IMG/VR virus record: IMGVR_UViG_3300031578_009495
Coordinates: 3,128-67,127 of that record
DNA: 64,000 nucleotides
Origin: a virus
Reading direction: 5' to 3' (one strand)
The notes beneath the pieces were generated by a model. The model searched no databases, was not told the DNA's origin, and was given only the letters and a program-made list of their open reading frames with translations. Shown piece by piece: positions 1 through 9,286 of this stretch. The translations under genes were made by a program, and so were the position numbers. Position 1 is the stretch's first letter. Each line of letters opens with the position of its first letter.

Positions 1-7
1 AATAGAC

Positions 8-421
8 ATGGCGCCGCTTGATACCCACTATATTAACACACTTGTAAAACAATACTCGTCTGAAATAGATATCTTTAAGGAATTTGTTGTTCTAATAAAT
101 CTACAAAAAACAAGACTTGGCGTTGCTATGGAAAAAGAAGACCAAAAAAAATTCCCAATGGAAATGACTAATAAAATACATGATCAACTTCAAAGTTTAT
201 TGAGAGATCTTTTTGAATTCCAGATAAAAACTGGTAGGTTACCACAGGTCCCGCAAAAATTTGACCTCACACATTCTGTTAATAGATCTGGAGGTAACGA
301 TAGCATAGAGATAAAGAACCAAAAAGAAGAGCTGCAAAGTAAAAGAAGGGTGGCAGAGTTAGCATTGACTTTGATAAATACGGCTTCGCAGGGGAATAGA
401 CAAAAGGCGATAACGATATGA
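8..421 (+). CDS. hypothetical protein (possibly 5'-truncated by the window edge)
   Basis: 137-aa ORF whose stop overlaps the next start (ATGA); no motif recognised. Confidence 0.5.
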   Translation: MAPLDTHYINTLVKQYSSEIDIFKEFVVLINLQKTRLGVAMEKEDQKKFPMEMTNKIHDQLQSLLRDLFEFQIKTGRLPQVPQKFDLTHSVNRSGGNDSIEIKNQKEELQSKRRVAELALTLINTASQGNRQKAITI

Positions 422-699
422 GACAGGTGACATTAAAAGTATTAAGGGGTCGCTTGACTGAAGAATTAAAAAACCTTCCTTTTGAGATTACACGAAATGG
501 GCGGGTTGTTGGAGTGGTTATCGAAAAAGGTTTAAACCTTTCTGCCAAAACGGTCAAAGGCTGTGTACACAATACAACCGAAGCAAAAGAGAAACTAACT
601 GCAATCATTAAGAAAAAGCAAAGCGCTGACAAACCAAAGGCACATTCGTCCACAGGCGTGGGACACTTTAATCCGTGCCCTAAACAGGGCAAGAAATAA
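418..699 (+). CDS. small protein with Phd/YefM antitoxin-like N-terminus
   Basis: N-terminus VTLKVLRGRLTEELKNLPFEITRNGRVVGVV resembles the Phd/YefM pattern (v.i.elr..l....ItRnGrpvavl). Confidence 0.45.
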   Translation: MRQVTLKVLRGRLTEELKNLPFEITRNGRVVGVVIEKGLNLSAKTVKGCVHNTTEAKEKLTAIIKKKQSADKPKAHSSTGVGHFNPCPKQGKK

Positions 700-723
700 T
701 TAGTTTTTATAATTTGGAATACG

Positions 724-738
724 TGCAAACGGATTGCA
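724..738. promoter_or_regulatory. palindromic operator-like site, 1-mismatch copy (TGCAAACGGATTGCA)
   Basis: intergenic, upstream of speD; matches the TGCAATCnGATTGCA palindrome seen at 2334, 9487, 12333 and 46117. Confidence 0.45.
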
Positions 739-763
739 AAAAACCTTAAGAAGGTAAAAATCG

Positions 764-1135
764 ATGAATGGATACGGCCCCCACTTAATACTCGACCTAA
801 GCAATTGCAAATCAGCAGCATTAAACAGCCTGGAGGCCTGCTTTGCGTTCTTAAACGACCTGCCCGGCATGATAGGAATGACAAAAATAACCCAGCCATA
901 CATATTCAGGTACTCAGGTGAGACACAAGAAGACAATGGTATAACTGGTGTAGTGATTATAGCCGAAAGTCATATATCAATCCACACATACCCACAGAAA
1001 CGATTCGTCTTTATGGATATATTTTCGTGCAAACCATTTAACACCGAAATGGCTACAGAATATGCCATAGACTTTTTTGAAGCCGAAACGTTTGTAGTTA
1101 ATACCGTGAATCGGGGGGAACAGTTTCCTTTGTAA
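764..1135 (+). CDS. speD: S-adenosylmethionine decarboxylase proenzyme (pyruvoyl-dependent)
   Basis: GPHLILDL, GITGVVIIAE-SHISIHTYP self-cleavage motif, MDIFSCKPF. Confidence 0.92.
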   Translation: MNGYGPHLILDLSNCKSAALNSLEACFAFLNDLPGMIGMTKITQPYIFRYSGETQEDNGITGVVIIAESHISIHTYPQKRFVFMDIFSCKPFNTEMATEYAIDFFEAETFVVNTVNRGEQFPL

Positions 1136-1141
1136 AGATTA

Positions 1142-1190
1142 ATTGCATTATTTCCTTGACAAATGATATTTAATCATAATATTATAATTA
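1142..1190 (+). promoter_or_regulatory. sigma70-type promoter with conserved phage upstream element
   Basis: ATTGCATTATTTCCTTGACAAATG identical to 56906-56929; TTGACA-18-TATTAT; SD GGGAGG before 1224. Confidence 0.65.
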
Positions 1191-1223
1191 ACAAAACAAC
1201 ATTTAACAGGGAGGTAAAACAAT

Positions 1224-2333
1224 ATGCATAGAAAAATAGAAGAATTGAGCGAACTAAATTTAAATAAAAACCTGGAAGAGATATATTTTTCTGAACACGA
1301 GAATTGTCATTATTCAGAAAAGTTTCATGGGAAATTTGGATATTTTGCAAATAGAGATTTATTTGGTTCAAAACTTACTGACCTACTACTGGTTAATAGC
1401 GGGGTAGTTGCTCTTGAACTGGCAATTAAGGCAGCATTTTACCCTTTGTATTTCGAAAACACTTCAAATGTTAAGATCGGCATTCCTGTACTTGCAGATC
1501 CGATGGTAAAATGGGCCGCTGAAAGAGCTGAATGTGTTGAAGAAATAAGATACCTTGATGTTGATCCGAAGACATTTTGCATTAAAGATATTCCAAGCGA
1601 TCTTGATGCAGTGATTTGGGTTCATACTGGGGGTTTGATATCAGAAAAAACAGAGCAAATGTTCAAAAAATGTAGAAATGACTTTGTAATTATAATTGAA
1701 GATATTTCACTTGCATATGGTTCATCTTTCAATGGCAAGAAAGCCGGATCAACAGGTTTTGTTGCCGGTTCTCTTTTTGGCATTACACGCTTTGAAGGTG
1801 GGATTGTTGGGACACGATCAAGGGAAAATTGTGAATTTGTTAGAGCAATGATAAACCAGACATCGCCTTCTATTTATGCACGGGTAATGGACGGACACGA
1901 TCCTGTAAAGTTGTCCAATAAAGGATATAATTATAGAACAAGTGAATTTACAGCAGCAGTTGCACTTGAAAAACTAAAAAATCTTGATAAAGAAATAGCT
2001 GCAAGGCGAGTAATAGCAGATGAATATGACAATGCCCTTTCCAAGATAGGCATTCAAAGTGTTGAAAAAGAACTTGGATGCGTAACCGGATTGTACAAAT
2101 ACATGGTCAGAACAAAGAGCGCTCACAGGCTGAACGATCTTATGGAGGCAGAAGGCTTTTCGTTTACAGGCTTGGTTCACGATAAGCTTTTAGATGAAGG
2201 AGATTATCCTGGAGCAAAAGAACTGGCCGATGGGTATGTGTGTTTGCAGTTGATTGAGGACGCTGAGAAAAGAATATCTTACATTGAAACATTTAAACGA
2301 CTATGGGAAAAAATAAACCAGGGTAAGACATGA
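1224..2333 (+). CDS. DegT/DnrJ/EryC1/StrS-family sugar aminotransferase-like protein (PLP lysine apparently missing)
   Basis: NSGVVALELAIKA, VIWVHTGG, IIEDISLAYGS, EGGIV, GYNYRTSEFTAAV, RRVIADEYD. Confidence 0.8.
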   Translation: MHRKIEELSELNLNKNLEEIYFSEHENCHYSEKFHGKFGYFANRDLFGSKLTDLLLVNSGVVALELAIKAAFYPLYFENTSNVKIGIPVLADPMVKWAAERAECVEEIRYLDVDPKTFCIKDIPSDLDAVIWVHTGGLISEKTEQMFKKCRNDFVIIIEDISLAYGSSFNGKKAGSTGFVAGSLFGITRFEGGIVGTRSRENCEFVRAMINQTSPSIYARVMDGHDPVKLSNKGYNYRTSEFTAAVALEKLKNLDKEIAARRVIADEYDNALSKIGIQSVEKELGCVTGLYKYMVRTKSAHRLNDLMEAEGFSFTGLVHDKLLDEGDYPGAKELADGYVCLQLIEDAEKRISYIETFKRLWEKINQGKT

Positions 2334-2348
2334 TGCAATCCGATTGCA
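2334..2348. promoter_or_regulatory. palindromic operator-like site TGCAATCCGATTGCA
   Basis: perfect 7-1-7 palindrome directly after the DegT stop. Confidence 0.55.
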
Positions 2349-2371
2349 CTAAAAACCTGGAGGTAGAAAAA

Positions 2372-2557
2372 ATGAGGCGAGTAAATGTTATTGATGCAGA
2401 AAAAATGACAAGGAAACAGATGGAAGAGTTTTTAATGGAGAGAGGTTATCGAAATAGGATTTTGTTAGATAGAAAATTAGATAAAATTTTCATAATATTT
2501 ACCGTTGTGATCTGTTCTGCAGTGTTGATACTGCTTGGCTTGGCATTATTATTTTAA
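2372..2557 (+). CDS. small membrane protein
   Basis: SD GGAGG at 2359-2363 favours ATG 2372 over 2330; hydrophobic C-terminal helix. Confidence 0.5.
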   Translation: MRRVNVIDAEKMTRKQMEEFLMERGYRNRILLDRKLDKIFIIFTVVICSAVLILLGLALLF

Positions 2558-2685
2558 AGGCATTAGGGGGTGATTATGTACGCTGATTATATATGGGGTA
2601 TCGGATGGTTAGCTTTTGTGGTGGCTTGGGGTCGCTTTTTGTATCTTTTGTTTACTGATGTATACGAAATAGAATTGAGCAGATT

Positions 2686-4749
2686 ATGGAAAAGAATACA
2701 GTGTTTTATAAGCATGTAAATGCCAAAGCTGTAATACAAGATGGAAGTCCCATAAATGGGATAATACCAGACACAACGAATCGCTATAGCCAAATAGCCC
2801 AAAACACCACAGACCTAAGACCATTAATAAAATCATTAAACCTGCCGGAAGGCAAAGCTCAAGATCTTATATCGCAGATAGAAACATTGCGTGGAAATGA
2901 GACAGAAATGTTTATGGATATACTCAAAGAATTAAGTGATGGTGGTGAAAGCCAAAGTCTTAATAGTATAGTTAGCGATACATACGATGAGATTCCTGTA
3001 GATATTGAAACATTTTTCAGTAACAGTAACTATCTTGGCAGGGCTGGAGCAGACCTGTATCCTAAGTTAATGGAAGACCTTCTCAGATTGTTTAATGGGA
3101 ACTATACGGAAGTAATTTTAAGTGGAGCGATTGGTTATGGAAAAAGCTATTTAACACAGCTAATAATTTGTAGAATCCTGTATGAAGTCAGTTGTTTGAG
3201 AAATCCACAGTGGGCATACGGCCTTGCAGAAAACTCAACACTATTCTTTCCTAATATATCTGTGACGGAAACACAGGCAAAAAGAGTTATATTTGGAGGT
3301 ATAAAGGAGGCTCTCCGTGTATCACCATACTTTCGAGACCAGTTCCCTTTCGAAATGTATTCAACGGAAATGAAATTCCCTAAAAACATATTACTTGGAG
3401 CCATAGCTATGTCAGGCGCTCTTGGTATGGATGTGTTTGCAGCGGCAATGGACGAAACGAACTTTATGGATGTAGTGGAATCGTCAAGACAGGCCAGGGG
3501 AAAAAAATACGATCAGGCTGAAATAATTTATTCGTCTCTTGCAAGACGAATGAAATCAAGATTTTTAAAAAGAGGTAAGTTGCCTGGGATGCTTGTAATG
3601 CTATCGTCTGTTAACTACCCGAATGATTTTACTGAAAGAAAAAAAGAAGAGGCAAAAGAAAACCCGCTATTATTTGTTCTTGATTATGCACTATGGGAGC
3701 CAAAACCTGCAGGAACATATATGGATGAAAAATTTTGGATAAGCATGGGGACAGAGAACCAGCCCCCAAGAGTGATTGAAGACGAAGAAGAAGCTAAAAT
3801 AGAAATAGAAAGAGGTGTAGAGGTAATTGCACCACCTCTTGATTTCCTTCCTGACTTTAAAAGAGACATAGAGGGAGCGTTAAAGGACATAGCAGGCAAA
3901 AGCAAACTGCTTATTAACAGATTTATTACACAAACCGAAAAGATTTTTGAAAAGATAAACATAAACAGAAAACACCCATTTTCTCAACTACAAACAACGC
4001 TTGTAGATGGTGGTAAGTTTATTAGAGAATTGCTTGCGCATCAAATACCTGGCGCCGAAGGAAGTCCTGTATGGAGACCAATAGTAAGTCCATACACAAG
4101 ACGGTTTGGGCATATTGATCTTGCTGTAACTGGAGATGCGGCAGGATTTTGCATAGGGCATCCTAATGGAGAGATTCAGGTAACAAGAAGGAACGAAAAC
4201 CAGGAATTATATTCAGAGATAATGCCTATAGTTTATATAGATATTATGTTAAAAATTATACCACCGCAAGGGTCTGAAATTAATTTCGGAAATATTCGGA
4301 GTTTGTTATATGAACTACAATCTATGGGTTTTCTTTTTGAAAAAGTTACGCTTGATTCATATCAAAGTGTTGACACTATACAGATATTAAATGGACGCGG
4401 TATAAAGGCTGAAGATCTTTCAGTTGACACGTCTATGGAGCCTTACAATGAAGTTAAAAGTGCATTGTATGAAGACAGGCTTATGATGTATTGGTACGAT
4501 TTTGCATTAGATGAATTAAAAAGTCTTATAGTCTCAAGAAGTGGTAGCAAGGTTAAGGTGGATCACCTGCAAGGAAAGTCGAAAGATGTTTCAGACTGTA
4601 TAGCCGGAGTGGTATATAATTGCGTACAATGGATGCGGAATCCTAAGCGAGCGCCGGCACCTGGTCCAAGCCTGGGATATTTCTCAGGAGATGTTCAGGT
4701 AGAAAAGAAACCGGGAGATCTCGGAGAAGATGATTGGATAGATGGATAG
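2686..4749 (+). CDS. terL: terminase large subunit
   Basis: Walker A SGAIGYGKS, Walker B AAAMDETNF, RNaseH-like nuclease HIDLAVTGDAAGF, VTLDSYQS, DHLQGKSKDVSDCIAG. Confidence 0.9.
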   Translation: MEKNTVFYKHVNAKAVIQDGSPINGIIPDTTNRYSQIAQNTTDLRPLIKSLNLPEGKAQDLISQIETLRGNETEMFMDILKELSDGGESQSLNSIVSDTYDEIPVDIETFFSNSNYLGRAGADLYPKLMEDLLRLFNGNYTEVILSGAIGYGKSYLTQLIICRILYEVSCLRNPQWAYGLAENSTLFFPNISVTETQAKRVIFGGIKEALRVSPYFRDQFPFEMYSTEMKFPKNILLGAIAMSGALGMDVFAAAMDETNFMDVVESSRQARGKKYDQAEIIYSSLARRMKSRFLKRGKLPGMLVMLSSVNYPNDFTERKKEEAKENPLLFVLDYALWEPKPAGTYMDEKFWISMGTENQPPRVIEDEEEAKIEIERGVEVIAPPLDFLPDFKRDIEGALKDIAGKSKLLINRFITQTEKIFEKININRKHPFSQLQTTLVDGGKFIRELLAHQIPGAEGSPVWRPIVSPYTRRFGHIDLAVTGDAAGFCIGHPNGEIQVTRRNENQELYSEIMPIVYIDIMLKIIPPQGSEINFGNIRSLLYELQSMGFLFEKVTLDSYQSVDTIQILNGRGIKAEDLSVDTSMEPYNEVKSALYEDRLMMYWYDFALDELKSLIVSRSGSKVKVDHLQGKSKDVSDCIAGVVYNCVQWMRNPKRAPAPGPSLGYFSGDVQVEKKPGDLGEDDWIDG

Positions 4750-4780
4750 CATAATTATATCTTATATCATGGACAAAATT

Positions 4781-4821
4781 ACTTGACAATACTTGACAAC
4801 AAAAGCTGTAATTGATATGTT
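4781..4821 (+). promoter_or_regulatory. sigma70-type promoter for the accessory block
   Basis: tandem ACTTGACAA x2; TTGACA(4793)-17-TATGTT(4816). Confidence 0.5.
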
Positions 4822-4851
4822 TCTTACCAATCTGGCCGGATTTGACGCACC

Positions 4852-5085
4852 GTGGACATGAAAAATAAACCGGGACTATCATGGGGCATCGATGCTCCAA
4901 TAAATTTATTTCGTACGTCAAAAGGGTGGATAGCAATGTGCTATACTGTTGAACCACCTGTTATTATTGAAATATTTAGTCCAAAAAATATATACCAGTT
5001 TCGTAATATGTTAGAAGAAGGAGCAATATGCAATTATGGTACATGTGAATTATGTCCATTGGTAAAAATGGAACTTGACGACTAA
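4852..5085 (+). CDS. hypothetical protein
   Basis: 77-aa ORF downstream of promoter. Confidence 0.45.
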   Translation: MDMKNKPGLSWGIDAPINLFRTSKGWIAMCYTVEPPVIIEIFSPKNIYQFRNMLEEGAICNYGTCELCPLVKMELDD

Positions 5086-5101
5086 AGATGTAATTGTTTA
5101 G

Positions 5102-5320
5102 ATGTCTTCTAAAATGGAAAAGGGAAAAGAGATGAAAAAGTTCACGAAATGTATAAATTGTAAAAACCTATCGTCTTTGTCTGGTATGGGATATCGGTAT
5201 TGTAAAAAAGAACAGCATTTTGGACATATTCAAGATGTTCGGGTTTTACCTGCCTGGTGTCCAAAACAAAAGCATAACCAAACGCTGGAGCGGACGCCAA
5301 AAGCTGCGCCGCTCAGCTAA
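5102..5320 (+). CDS. small Cys-rich hypothetical protein reading through attC1
   Basis: CxxC...C...WCP pattern; C-terminus NQTLERTPKAAPLS is translated attC sequence. Confidence 0.5.
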   Translation: MSSKMEKGKEMKKFTKCINCKNLSSLSGMGYRYCKKEQHFGHIQDVRVLPAWCPKQKHNQTLERTPKAAPLS

Positions 5321-5330
5321 ATCGTTATAC
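5272..5330 (+). other. integron attC site 1
   Basis: R'' GCATAAC, L'' GCTG(G)AGC pairing with L' GCTCAGC (extrahelical G), R' GTTATAC. Confidence 0.8.
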
Positions 5331-5341
5331 AGCTTGAGATT

Positions 5342-6103
5342 ATGAAACCATATTATGAAACAAAGTTAGGCCGCTTATATTGCGGAAATTGTTTGACCAT
5401 TATGCCGGAACTTGGGCAGGTGGACTTAGTCATTACGAGCCCTCCCTACAATATGCGAACTCGAATTAGAAACGGTGAATATACCACCAGAGAAACATCT
5501 GAGCATTTTAGTAAAAAATATAAATATTTTGATGATGCACTTTCGATTGATGATTATTATTCATTTCACAAAAAAGCCCTATCAGAAATGCTAAAATTAT
5601 CGCCTATTGTATTTTGGAATATTCAAATTGTTACTGGAAGCAAAGAAGCTATTTTTAAAATAATTGGAGATTTTAACAAAGAAATAAAAGATGTTATAGT
5701 TTGGGACAAGGGATTTGGCCAGCCAGCCATGCACGAAGGCGTTTTAAATAGAGGCAGTGAGTTAATATTAATTCTTGAACGAAACGCAACTGCCGGTCGC
5801 CAGTTTAATACAAGCTATTTTAAAAGAGGAACTATGCCAGATATTTGGTGCCTTGGGCGGGGGAGAAATCATAAAGAACACGGAGCTTGTTATACAGAAG
5901 AATTGATCATGAAAATGCTTGAAGGATGGAGTTTGCCTGGCGCCGTTACTTTAGACCCTTTCCTTGGCTCAGGTACAACCGCAGTAGCTTGTGAACGTCT
6001 AAACCGCAGATGGATAGGTATAGAAATAAGCGAAGAATACTGTGCAATAAGTGCCAAACGCATAGAGCGGGAGGCATCACAATTAAAGTTATTCGCTGTA
6101 TAA
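5342..6103 (+). CDS. DNA methyltransferase, N4-C/N6-A beta class (cassette gene)
   Basis: ITSPPY catalytic motif, LDPFLGSGTTAVAC SAM-binding motif, WIGIEISEEY; stop lies inside attC2 R''. Confidence 0.92.
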   Translation: MKPYYETKLGRLYCGNCLTIMPELGQVDLVITSPPYNMRTRIRNGEYTTRETSEHFSKKYKYFDDALSIDDYYSFHKKALSEMLKLSPIVFWNIQIVTGSKEAIFKIIGDFNKEIKDVIVWDKGFGQPAMHEGVLNRGSELILILERNATAGRQFNTSYFKRGTMPDIWCLGRGRNHKEHGACYTEELIMKMLEGWSLPGAVTLDPFLGSGTTAVACERLNRRWIGIEISEEYCAISAKRIEREASQLKLFAV

Positions 6104-6152
6104 CCAGCGGATGCACTCGGACGTAAAACGCCGGTGATCCTAATCGTTATGT
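6098..6152 (+). other. integron attC site 2
   Basis: R'' GTATAAC (complement of attC1 R'), L'' GAT(G)CAC / L' GTGATC, R' GTTATGT. Confidence 0.8.
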
Positions 6153-6164
6153 GCGAGGAACATA

Positions 6165-6335
6165 ATGGATTACGCAACTGAAAAAGAAATGATCAATCAC
6201 TGTAAAAAATATCCATGTAGTACATGCATAATAGCTCATAAATGTAGCATGTTTTATACACTATTTGGATACTTGCCAGATGCACCTAACCAGCCGCTTG
6301 ACTTGACGCCCAAACAGCGGCGCAAGTCAGCTTGA
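6165..6335 (+). CDS. 56-aa Cys-rich cassette ORF (not in the ORF track)
   Basis: manual translation MDYATEKEMINHCKKYPCSTCIIAHKCS...; SD GAGG; lies between attC2 and attC3. Confidence 0.5.
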   Translation: MDYATEKEMINHCKKYPCSTCIIAHKCSMFYTLFGYLPDAPNQPLDLTPKQRRKSA

Positions 6336-6343
6336 TGTTATAT
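6284..6343 (+). other. integron attC site 3
   Basis: R'' ACCTAAC, L'' GCT(T)GACTTG / L' CAAGTCAGC, R' GTTATAT. Confidence 0.78.
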
Positions 6344-6526
6344 TGTTCAGACGGAGGTAAAAAATTGGAAATAGAAAAAAGAACTACGATCAAGATTGAT
6401 CCGGATATTAAAAGGCGACTCAAATCACAGGCGGCATTGTCAGATTTAACATTGTTCGAAGCGTTAGAGCAGGCTTTGTACGACTGGCTGGTTAAACAGG
6501 AGAGGAATAAGAAGCATAATGAATAA
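6332..6526 (+). CDS. ribbon-helix-helix (ParG/CopG-like) DNA-binding protein
   Basis: RTTIKIDPDIKRRLKSQAALSDLTLFEALEQAL pattern. Confidence 0.6.
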   Translation: MMLYCSDGGKKLEIEKRTTIKIDPDIKRRLKSQAALSDLTLFEALEQALYDWLVKQERNKKHNE

Positions 6527-6971
6527 ATATAAGCAATATGAGTACTGCAAAGCTGTTGGCTGTCTAGGGCTCAATGGGAGCGAATGCACATCAAACGGCT
6601 GTTTTAAAACGGCCAAAGACTTCCATACTTGGTTAGACAAGAACGGATACGATATTAGGAAAAAGGAGGAGACTATGACAAAAACTGAGTTCCTGGAACG
6701 AAAATTACAGGTGATGTTACAAGCTAGGGCATTGATCATAGAAGATATCGATATCGACATCGATAGACTTGATGAAAAATTAATAACAGAAAAACAACTT
6801 CACCAGATAAAGATGATGGCCTCTTCGCAAAAGCACACCGAAGAGGAAAAAGTTAAGGTCAAAATCCTTAACCTTATCCGCAACGCTGGATTCGTTTCTA
6901 TGATGTCAATCGCTGACTGGAAAGAGTTAGTGGAAGACCTTGTCGCCAACGGGGTAACGATTGATGAATAG
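6519..6971 (+). CDS. hypothetical protein
   Basis: 150-aa ORF, coupled to its neighbours. Confidence 0.5.
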   Translation: MNKYKQYEYCKAVGCLGLNGSECTSNGCFKTAKDFHTWLDKNGYDIRKKEETMTKTEFLERKLQVMLQARALIIEDIDIDIDRLDEKLITEKQLHQIKMMASSQKHTEEEKVKVKILNLIRNAGFVSMMSIADWKELVEDLVANGVTIDE

Positions 6972-7392
6972 TCAGCTACAAAAAATAGCAATCCTGTGCG
7001 TAATTAAAGCACTTCCGGATTGGATGGAAAACAGCCTGAGTCATGGCCGGCTACGAGTATTAATGTCGCGCCTTCAGAGGGAAGCTGATAAAGAACTTGC
7101 GAAACCCAATCGGTTGAGCGACACAGAGGTTAATATGCTCGCAGATAAGGTTCGTCTCTGGGCTGATAGTGTAGGGTGGGATAAAAAACCTAAACATACC
7201 TGCACTATTGTTTCATTTCTCATTTACTTGGTAGTTGATTTCATGCCTGAGAATACAAAACTGTTGGAGCTTTTGGAACAGATTTACGACTATTTTGCAC
7301 GGGCTGGTCGTGATCCGGTAAGCTGTCAATGGGCAGGGACTCTTTCTGCGGAGCGTTGGTCTGAAATATTCGGAGAGACGGATGAGAAATGA
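6961..7392 (+). CDS. hypothetical protein
   Basis: 143-aa ORF, overlapping start/stop. Confidence 0.5.
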   Translation: MMNSQLQKIAILCVIKALPDWMENSLSHGRLRVLMSRLQREADKELAKPNRLSDTEVNMLADKVRLWADSVGWDKKPKHTCTIVSFLIYLVVDFMPENTKLLELLEQIYDYFARAGRDPVSCQWAGTLSAERWSEIFGETDEK

Positions 7393-7604
7393 ATGAGGCA
7401 AACGCTTACGAGATGGTTGCAGAAATTCTACATCCATTTGATAAAAAGATTGACGTAAATGTCGGCCGAACGTTATCCGACCGCATTGCGTATGCTTTGT
7501 TAAAAGTTTACAAGGAAGGACAAAAAGGAGCTACAAACATAAAACATTGCCATAATTGTGGCAGTATGAATTTGGAAAATAATGGATCGTGTAGAGATTG
7601 CTAA
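7389..7604 (+). CDS. hypothetical protein with C-terminal Zn ribbon
   Basis: CHNCGS...CRDC. Confidence 0.5.
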   Translation: MNEANAYEMVAEILHPFDKKIDVNVGRTLSDRIAYALLKVYKEGQKGATNIKHCHNCGSMNLENNGSCRDC

Positions 7605-7637
7605 TGGAAATCCACAACAGAACCAAGGGAGATCAAA

Positions 7638-8042
7638 ATGACAAGAAAAGAAAAGCTTTTAAACCAAATTGAAATCGAACGGAACCTGCAAACAGCCATG
7701 AACAAAAACATCAACAAAGCCGTTAACAAAATCAACGAGGAAATTAGGCAAATTGAAGCAGAAGAAATGCTGGAAATAGAAAAGTCAAAGAAGCCACGCG
7801 AGGAATGCACCGTAAAAATCATATATGTCAAGACCGATCTTGAGACTATGGTGGCCGACCTGATAGAAATATTGTTGATAGCTGGGGTATATAGCGATAA
7901 AGCGCCCAAGACCTCTGATAGGGCTACATGGTCAAGATACAGAGAGCAGATTGCGCGTGAAATCATTAATCTGTTGCATGTGGAGGCCGAAGATGAAGCA
8001 ACCCAGAAGACTCACGAAAAACGAGAAAAAGAAAAAGTTTAA
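7638..8042 (+). CDS. hypothetical coiled-coil protein
   Basis: SD GGAG; 134 aa. Confidence 0.5.
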   Translation: MTRKEKLLNQIEIERNLQTAMNKNINKAVNKINEEIRQIEAEEMLEIEKSKKPREECTVKIIYVKTDLETMVADLIEILLIAGVYSDKAPKTSDRATWSRYREQIAREIINLLHVEAEDEATQKTHEKREKEKV

Positions 8043-8104
8043 AGTAGTCTCGGCTTGGCTGAGAAATAAAGAAGAGAAGCGCCGGAAAGCCGAGGCGATG
8101 GAGA

Positions 8105-8443
8105 TTGAAAAATTTAGGAAGGATGATACCGGTGATTGAAGAAAAAGAAGAAATAAGCCCATGCCTAACGGTTAAAACATGTGGGCTCCCCTCACTTGAG
8201 CATCAACGTAAACAAATAACCGCCAAGGCAAAAGAGCTAATGGAACAGATAAAAGAGGCTCAAAATGCTGAGAACTGGAAACTATTTGAAAAGCTTAATG
8301 ATAAACTTGATATCCTAAGAAGAAAGCAAAAGAATATTCTGTACAAACTTGGATTACGAGAGTACAATGATGATGAATTTGTAGAGTATGCACCAGGCCA
8401 GTTCATAAAAGCGAGCGAGTATTTTTGGTTAATGAATGATTAA
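8105..8443 (+). CDS. hypothetical protein
   Basis: 112-aa ORF; true start uncertain. Confidence 0.45.
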   Translation: MKNLGRMIPVIEEKEEISPCLTVKTCGLPSLEHQRKQITAKAKELMEQIKEAQNAENWKLFEKLNDKLDILRRKQKNILYKLGLREYNDDEFVEYAPGQFIKASEYFWLMND

Positions 8444-8456
8444 ATGAGGAGATATT

Positions 8457-8645
8457 ATGCAAGAAGTAAGCTATAAGTTCAGTATAGATGATAGGGTTAA
8501 AACTCCATTTGGGAACCCCGGAATAGTTACCATGCTTGGACTTGATGATGGAGGGAATAAGTATTATGTAAAGACGGAGCTGGATTCGCAGTGGTATAAA
8601 GAAAGGGATTTAGATGTGTCTAATGTGACACTCACTGAGGGATAG
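8457..8645 (+). CDS. hypothetical protein
   Basis: SD GAGGAG; 62 aa. Confidence 0.55.
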   Translation: MQEVSYKFSIDDRVKTPFGNPGIVTMLGLDDGGNKYYVKTELDSQWYKERDLDVSNVTLTEG

Positions 8646-8775
8646 TTTTATGGATAGCACATTGGAACACATAACAAGATAAATAAAAGGAGGTGATGTT
8701 TATGTATGTGAAAAACAACCAGAATATTATAAGCTTAAGTTGAGATATAATCGCCGAAGGGCATAAATAAGAAGT

Positions 8776-8815
8776 AAGCCTACCGGGACAGAAAAAGTTG
8801 TTTCGGTAGGCTTTT
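8776..8815 (+). terminator. possible intrinsic terminator
   Basis: AAGCCTACCG / CGGTAGGCTT inverted repeat followed by TT; long loop. Confidence 0.35.
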
Positions 8816-8829
8816 ATCAACACTTCTGA

Positions 8830-9039
8830 TTGAAAGGATATAATATTATGTCATTCTTATCAGAGTACATGAGCCTTCAAACATTTGCAAACCACTGCAA
8901 CGTGACCGAAAGAACAATAAGGACCTGGATCAGCGAAGAACCAATTTTATCAGAAAATGTAATACGGAGGAACAATTCGGTCTTTATCAATACCGGAGCC
9001 GTGGATGAATTTGAAGATAGATATCTTTTTGGTGAATAA
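8830..9039 (+). CDS. small helix-turn-helix protein
   Basis: LQTFANHCNVTERTIRTWI HTH pattern. Confidence 0.6.
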   Translation: MKGYNIMSFLSEYMSLQTFANHCNVTERTIRTWISEEPILSENVIRRNNSVFINTGAVDEFEDRYLFGE

Positions 9040-9054
9040 TTTACGAGGTGAAAG

Positions 9055-9285
9055 ATGAACATATCTGCATTGAGACATAATATGAAATGGGATACAAAAA
9101 TGGGAGATTTGGCAAGAAATGTTGTTACATGGTTTGGAATAAAATCAATGGCATTTGCCAGGCGGTGTTTTAAGTGGTCTTTGGGTAGATGCTCGTATTG
9201 TGGTAAAGATCCAGGCATGTCGTCTTCTGTTAGCAGAAAGGGTCTGCGTTGTTCAACCTTAGAGAGAGATTGTACGGATTGCTAA
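9055..9285 (+). CDS. hypothetical protein
   Basis: SD GAGGTG; CSYCG motif. Confidence 0.5.
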   Translation: MNISALRHNMKWDTKMGDLARNVVTWFGIKSMAFARRCFKWSLGRCSYCGKDPGMSSSVSRKGLRCSTLERDCTDC

Positions 9286-9286
9286 A

